From contig CBFHTA010000001.1 in NCBI GenBank assembly GCA_965658655.1, positions 457,005 through 521,004 of the forward strand: a stretch of DNA of 64,000 bases, in the 5' to 3' direction. The notes beneath the pieces were generated by a model. That model was not told the DNA's origin and made no database searches. It was given only the letters and a program-made list of their open reading frames with translations. Shown here in pieces: positions 60,473 through 64,000 of this stretch; within the stretch, counting starts at the first letter, position 1; every line of letters starts with the position of its first letter. This stretch comes from Candidatus Babelota bacterium (GTDB lineage: Bacteria; Babelota; Babeliae; Babelales; CAIQNR01). The position numbers and the translations under genes are program-made.

Positions 60473-62172
60473 ATTAATTCTTGATAATTCTTTAAAAACT
60501 CTCTTCCAATTAACATGGGCAACTTCGCATTTCCTGTATTCTCAGTAAGAACCACTAGGGTTAGGGGTGGGGACCCTCTAAAAGAAAAATTTCCTGCAAA
60601 CCAACCATGTTCTAAGAACGCTTCACCTTGCTTTCTTTTACTGAGGCCACTTGTTTGAGCAGTACTCGTTTTTGCTCTAATAATAAAGTCATCTAATGTA
60701 TTAAACATTCGTGCAGTGCCTTTGGTTACAACGGCGTGCATAGTTTGTCGTAAAAAAGCGCGTGTTTCGTATTTAATCTTTAAAGGTTCATATTGAGGGG
60801 TGCTGCTTTCTATTAATCTTGTGGAAACAAGGTATCCTGTTTCTATAGAACCTATCATGCGGGCGATTTGTAAGGGTGTGGTGAGTAAAAAACTTTGGCC
60901 GATAGAGGCTGATAATGTTTCTCCGAGCCACCATCTTTCTCCTTTAGTTTCTTGTTTCCATTCACGGGTGGGGACTAAACCGGTCCGTTCAGAAAGTACG
61001 TTGCTCGTTGCTTTTCCAAATCCGAAGATCTGTGCGTATTTTGCGAGCACGTCAATATCGAGTTTTTTTGCAATTTCATAAAATAAAATATTACATGAAT
61101 TGGCAACCGCTTGTTTTGTGGTTAATTCTCCATGTCCATAAATACGAGCACATCTAAATTTACGTTTAGCGAGTGTAACATATCCTTTGCAGTCCCATGT
61201 TGAATAGGGGTCTATAATGCCAGTTTCAATAGCTGCGCTGAGTGTGACTAGTTTGAAAATCGAGCCAGGTGGATAGCTTGCATTACAAAAACGATTTAAG
61301 AATGGTTTTTGCGCTTGTAGTTCTTGCCATTGATCAGGATTAAGTGGGTTCATGAACACATTAGGGTCAAACGTTGGACGAGAAAGAACCACTCGCAAGC
61401 TGCCGTCACGTGGGTCCATTAAAATTAATGTTCCAGTTCGATCTTCAGGAAAAGTTCTTTCAGCAATTCGTTGTAGAGATAAATCAAGCGTAGTGGTAAT
61501 ATCTTTGCCGCTTAAAGTCTCTTCTGTTTCGTATTCGGCTAGATGGGTTCCTACCGAATTTATAATTCGGAGTAATGAGCCTTTTTTTCCACGCAGCTGT
61601 TCCTCGAATAATCTCTCGAGTCCCATACGGCCTTCATAGGAAGGTCCTAGGTGCCCCAGGTAACCTAATACATGGCTAGCAATAGATTTGTAGGGGTACA
61701 GTCTTTTGAACTTGGTTTCGATACTGATATTTTTTTCGTCAGAGAAAAGTTCCGCAATTTTGCTTAGCTGTTCAAAAGAAACATCAGTAGCAAGTAAGTG
61801 TTTTTTAAAGTGCTTTTCGGTATGGGTAATAAGAGATTGTTTTTCAGTGAAATCTTTTTTGGTTACTATGCCTAGTTGCTTTATAATGTTTAGTTGTTCT
61901 TGTGTTAATTTCTTTTGCCCTGTTCCTTGCCAATAGACAGCTGTGATAGGTTTATTAGTCGCCAGTATATTGCCTCTACAGTCAAGTATATTGCCTCGCA
62001 ACGATAATAAGTTTTCGGTCCGAGTAAAATTCTTTTTGCTTTGCTCAAAGAGTGTTTTGCCTTGATTGATCTGTAAATAAAAAAGACGGCCAACAATAAT
62101 ACACAAGGCCAATGTACACACTTTAAGTAAAAATAGGTTCTTTGATTCAAATGTTCTTTGGGCCGGAATCAT
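60421..62172 (-). CDS. mrdA: Class B penicillin-binding protein 2
   Basis: N-terminal TM; RGNILD; SIFK, SCN and KTS motifs. Confidence 0.9.
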   Translation of the reverse strand: MIPAQRTFESKNLFLLKVCTLALCIIVGRLFYLQINQGKTLFEQSKKNFTRTENLLSLRGNILDCRGNILATNKPITAVYWQGTGQKKLTQEQLNIIKQLGIVTKKDFTEKQSLITHTEKHFKKHLLATDVSFEQLSKIAELFSDEKNISIETKFKRLYPYKSIASHVLGYLGHLGPSYEGRMGLERLFEEQLRGKKGSLLRIINSVGTHLAEYETEETLSGKDITTTLDLSLQRIAERTFPEDRTGTLILMDPRDGSLRVVLSRPTFDPNVFMNPLNPDQWQELQAQKPFLNRFCNASYPPGSIFKLVTLSAAIETGIIDPYSTWDCKGYVTLAKRKFRCARIYGHGELTTKQAVANSCNILFYEIAKKLDIDVLAKYAQIFGFGKATSNVLSERTGLVPTREWKQETKGERWWLGETLSASIGQSFLLTTPLQIARMIGSIETGYLVSTRLIESSTPQYEPLKIKYETRAFLRQTMHAVVTKGTARMFNTLDDFIIRAKTSTAQTSGLSKRKQGEAFLEHGWFAGNFSFRGSPPLTLVVLTENTGNAKLPMLIGREFLKNYQELMELREKKKRREEKNQRV

Positions 62173-63086
62173 TCAGTGTCTGTCATATCATTAAAAGGAT
62201 GGAGGGTATCGCACATTTCTGCCAGCTGTGCAGAGGTAACATGAGTATATTTTTCTGTACTCGCTAAACTTTGATGCCCCAATAATTCTTGCACTACACG
62301 TAAGTCAGTTCCTTGATTAAGCATATGTGTTGCAAAAGAGTGACGTAATTTGTGAGGTGTTACTTTTTTACCACCTTTTAAGAATTTTCTAAACATTTCT
62401 ATGATGCGCTGTACAGAGCGAACATCGAGAGGTCCTGTTCGATAATTAACGAAAAGTTTTTCGTTCAAATTCAATGGTTTCGGACGTTCTTTTTTTAAAT
62501 ATTCTTTAATACGCTTTTGTGCTTTGCTTCCAAAGAGAACCATCCGCTCTTTGCGGCCTTTACCAGTGATTTTAATTACTTTGTTTTCAATGTCTAAGTT
62601 ACCCATGGTAATACTGCATAGCTCAGAACACCGCATTCCGCTTGCATATAAAAGTTCAAAAATAGTTTTATCTCGAATCGGTTTTTTTGACGGTAATTCA
62701 GAATCTTTCACTGTATCGAGCAGATAAAAAACTTCGTCAACACTTAAGTAAACGGGAAGTTTTTTGTCTACACGAGGGCGTTTGAGTTTGAATGAAACGT
62801 CGAGACCTACAGATCGTAAGAAACGTTCAAATGATTTAAAACACGAAATTTTTCGAGCTACCGAACTGGTATCTATTTTCTTGTAAAAAAGGCTTACAAA
62901 GTAGCGTTCAAGTGCTCGCCTTAAAACTTCTTGCTTTTTGTCGTTATTGTTGATTTGGAGCCAGAATTGGTTGAATAACTTGAGGTCGCTTTCATACGAT
63001 CTTTGAGTGTTTGTACTTAGGTTTTTTTCTACCTTTATATAGGCTAGAAAGTCTTTTTTATACTTTTCAAATGTTTTAATATTCAT
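62169..63086 (-). CDS. xerC: Tyrosine recombinase XerC/XerD
   Basis: SGMRCSE, GKGRKER, HKLRHSFATH, LLGH, EKYTH. Confidence 0.85.
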   Translation of the reverse strand: MNIKTFEKYKKDFLAYIKVEKNLSTNTQRSYESDLKLFNQFWLQINNNDKKQEVLRRALERYFVSLFYKKIDTSSVARKISCFKSFERFLRSVGLDVSFKLKRPRVDKKLPVYLSVDEVFYLLDTVKDSELPSKKPIRDKTIFELLYASGMRCSELCSITMGNLDIENKVIKITGKGRKERMVLFGSKAQKRIKEYLKKERPKPLNLNEKLFVNYRTGPLDVRSVQRIIEMFRKFLKGGKKVTPHKLRHSFATHMLNQGTDLRVVQELLGHQSLASTEKYTHVTSAQLAEMCDTLHPFNDMTDTE

Positions 63087-63254
63087 TACATTCCTTGAGC
63101 TTATTTAAGCTCAGAGTACTGAATGAGAGTTATAAGTGCAACTGTTATGATTTATAGACTTATTTAAGCTTATAAATTACAAGCAGACCCTGTTGACTAA
63201 TAGAGATTATTTGAGTAAATTATTCTTACAATAAACTTTAATAGAGAGGTTGTG

Positions 63255-63962
63255 ATGAATAAAGTATGGATGTTTGGATTACTTTTTATTTCAATAGGGC
63301 AATTGAATGGAATGGAGACTGGTTTCAATGTACTACCATTAGAAGGTCTGATAGATAAAGATGGGGCGATGTTTGGCTTAGATATGTTGAATGAAGAGGA
63401 TGCATCTCAGATTTTAACTGCGTTGGCTTCTTTTCAAGAAGTAGAGATACCTCACACTCAGCAAAGTAGTGAACAATCTTTGGTTGTAGGGGCAGTAAGT
63501 ACAGCATCAGATAAAAAGCGTAAAAGAACTCACACAGAGGAAGGATCTTATGTATGTGGAATTTGTCATAAAGGTTTTAAGAAAAAGTGTAATTTAAAAA
63601 CACATATAAGAGTTCATACGGGGGAAAAACCTTTTGTATGTGAGATTTGTGATAAAAGTTTTACGGAAAAGAGTAGTTTAAAAACACATATAAGAATTCA
63701 TACAGGGGAAAAACCTTTTGTATGTGAAATTTGTGATACAGGTTTTACGCAATCTAGTAATTTAAAAAAACATGAAAGAATCCATACAGGGGAAAGGCCT
63801 TATAGGTGTGAAATTTGTGATACAGGTTTTACGGAAAAGAGTGGTTTAACAATGCATATAAGAGTTCATACAGGTGAGAGACCTTATGAGTGTGAAATTT
63901 GTCATAGAAGTTTTAAGCAATTTGGTAATTTATCAAGACATAAAAAAGTACATGAAAAATAA
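63255..63962 (+). CDS. Secreted C2H2 zinc-finger protein (5 Kruppel-type fingers, KKRKR NLS-like, acidic N-region)
   Basis: Signal peptide MNKVWMFGLLFISIGQLNG; five 28-aa fingers with TGEKP/TGERP linkers (84-bp repeats). Confidence 0.95.
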   Translation: MNKVWMFGLLFISIGQLNGMETGFNVLPLEGLIDKDGAMFGLDMLNEEDASQILTALASFQEVEIPHTQQSSEQSLVVGAVSTASDKKRKRTHTEEGSYVCGICHKGFKKKCNLKTHIRVHTGEKPFVCEICDKSFTEKSSLKTHIRIHTGEKPFVCEICDTGFTQSSNLKKHERIHTGERPYRCEICDTGFTEKSGLTMHIRVHTGERPYECEICHRSFKQFGNLSRHKKVHEK

Positions 63963-63983
63963 ATAGGTAATAAGGAGGTTATA

Positions 63984-64000
63984 ATGAATAAAGTATGGAT
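63984..64000 (+). CDS. Start of a tandem paralogue of 63255-63962 (truncated by window edge)
   Basis: AAGGAGG RBS then ATGAATAAAGTATGGAT, identical to the first 17 nt of the preceding gene. Confidence 0.7.

Noticed and set aside
62169..63086. Tyrosine recombinase as a prophage or integron integrase
   Set aside because: Size and motifs fit housekeeping XerC/D; it overlaps mrdA; no phage genes or attC-like array seen
63255..63962. Eukaryotic contamination as the source of the ZnF genes
   Set aside because: Shine-Dalgarno sites, bacterial signal peptides, no introns, similar base composition, and paralogues interleaved with lysS/pfpI fragments

Overview
AT-rich bacterial chromosome segment. 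Its content points to an obligate intracellular parasite or symbiont of protists, most plausibly Ca. Dependentiae/Babelota (TM6): four tandem NTT/TLC nucleotide transporters, many signal-peptide ankyrin/LRR/orphan proteins and a housekeeping backbone with broken operons. This taxonomy is inferred from gene content only. The backbone contains tilS, gyrB, tadA, dksA, rpsI, glmS, an S41 protease, ftsB, sod, lysS, a PfpI-family gene, recJ, cmk, pyrG, lon, rpsB, tRNA-Ser, dnaX, der, hpf, dsbD, tRNA-Ala, cca, tolQRAB, ftsH, suhB, rpmB, rpsT, mrdA and xerC. The most striking accessory system is a family of Sec-signal, eukaryote-type tandem C2H2 zinc-finger proteins (8546-9214, 21537-22154, 22333-22950, 63255-63962 and probably a fifth starting at 63984). 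Three carry NLS-like basic patches and one has an acidic activator-like segment, so they look like secreted host transcription factors. One pair arose by a tandem duplication whose breakpoints remain visible, and its finger arrays have since been rewritten while the flanks stayed conserved. Other highlights: a secreted pol-beta-type nucleotidyltransferase; a minimal toxin-immunity cassette between 55-bp direct repeats; a signal-peptide SOD paralogue; an A9 slippage site in dnaX; histone-H1-like tails on ribosomal proteins; a shared 16-bp-spacer promoter signature; and several small ORFs missed by the ORF track. No CRISPR array, rRNA, IS element or prophage was seen.
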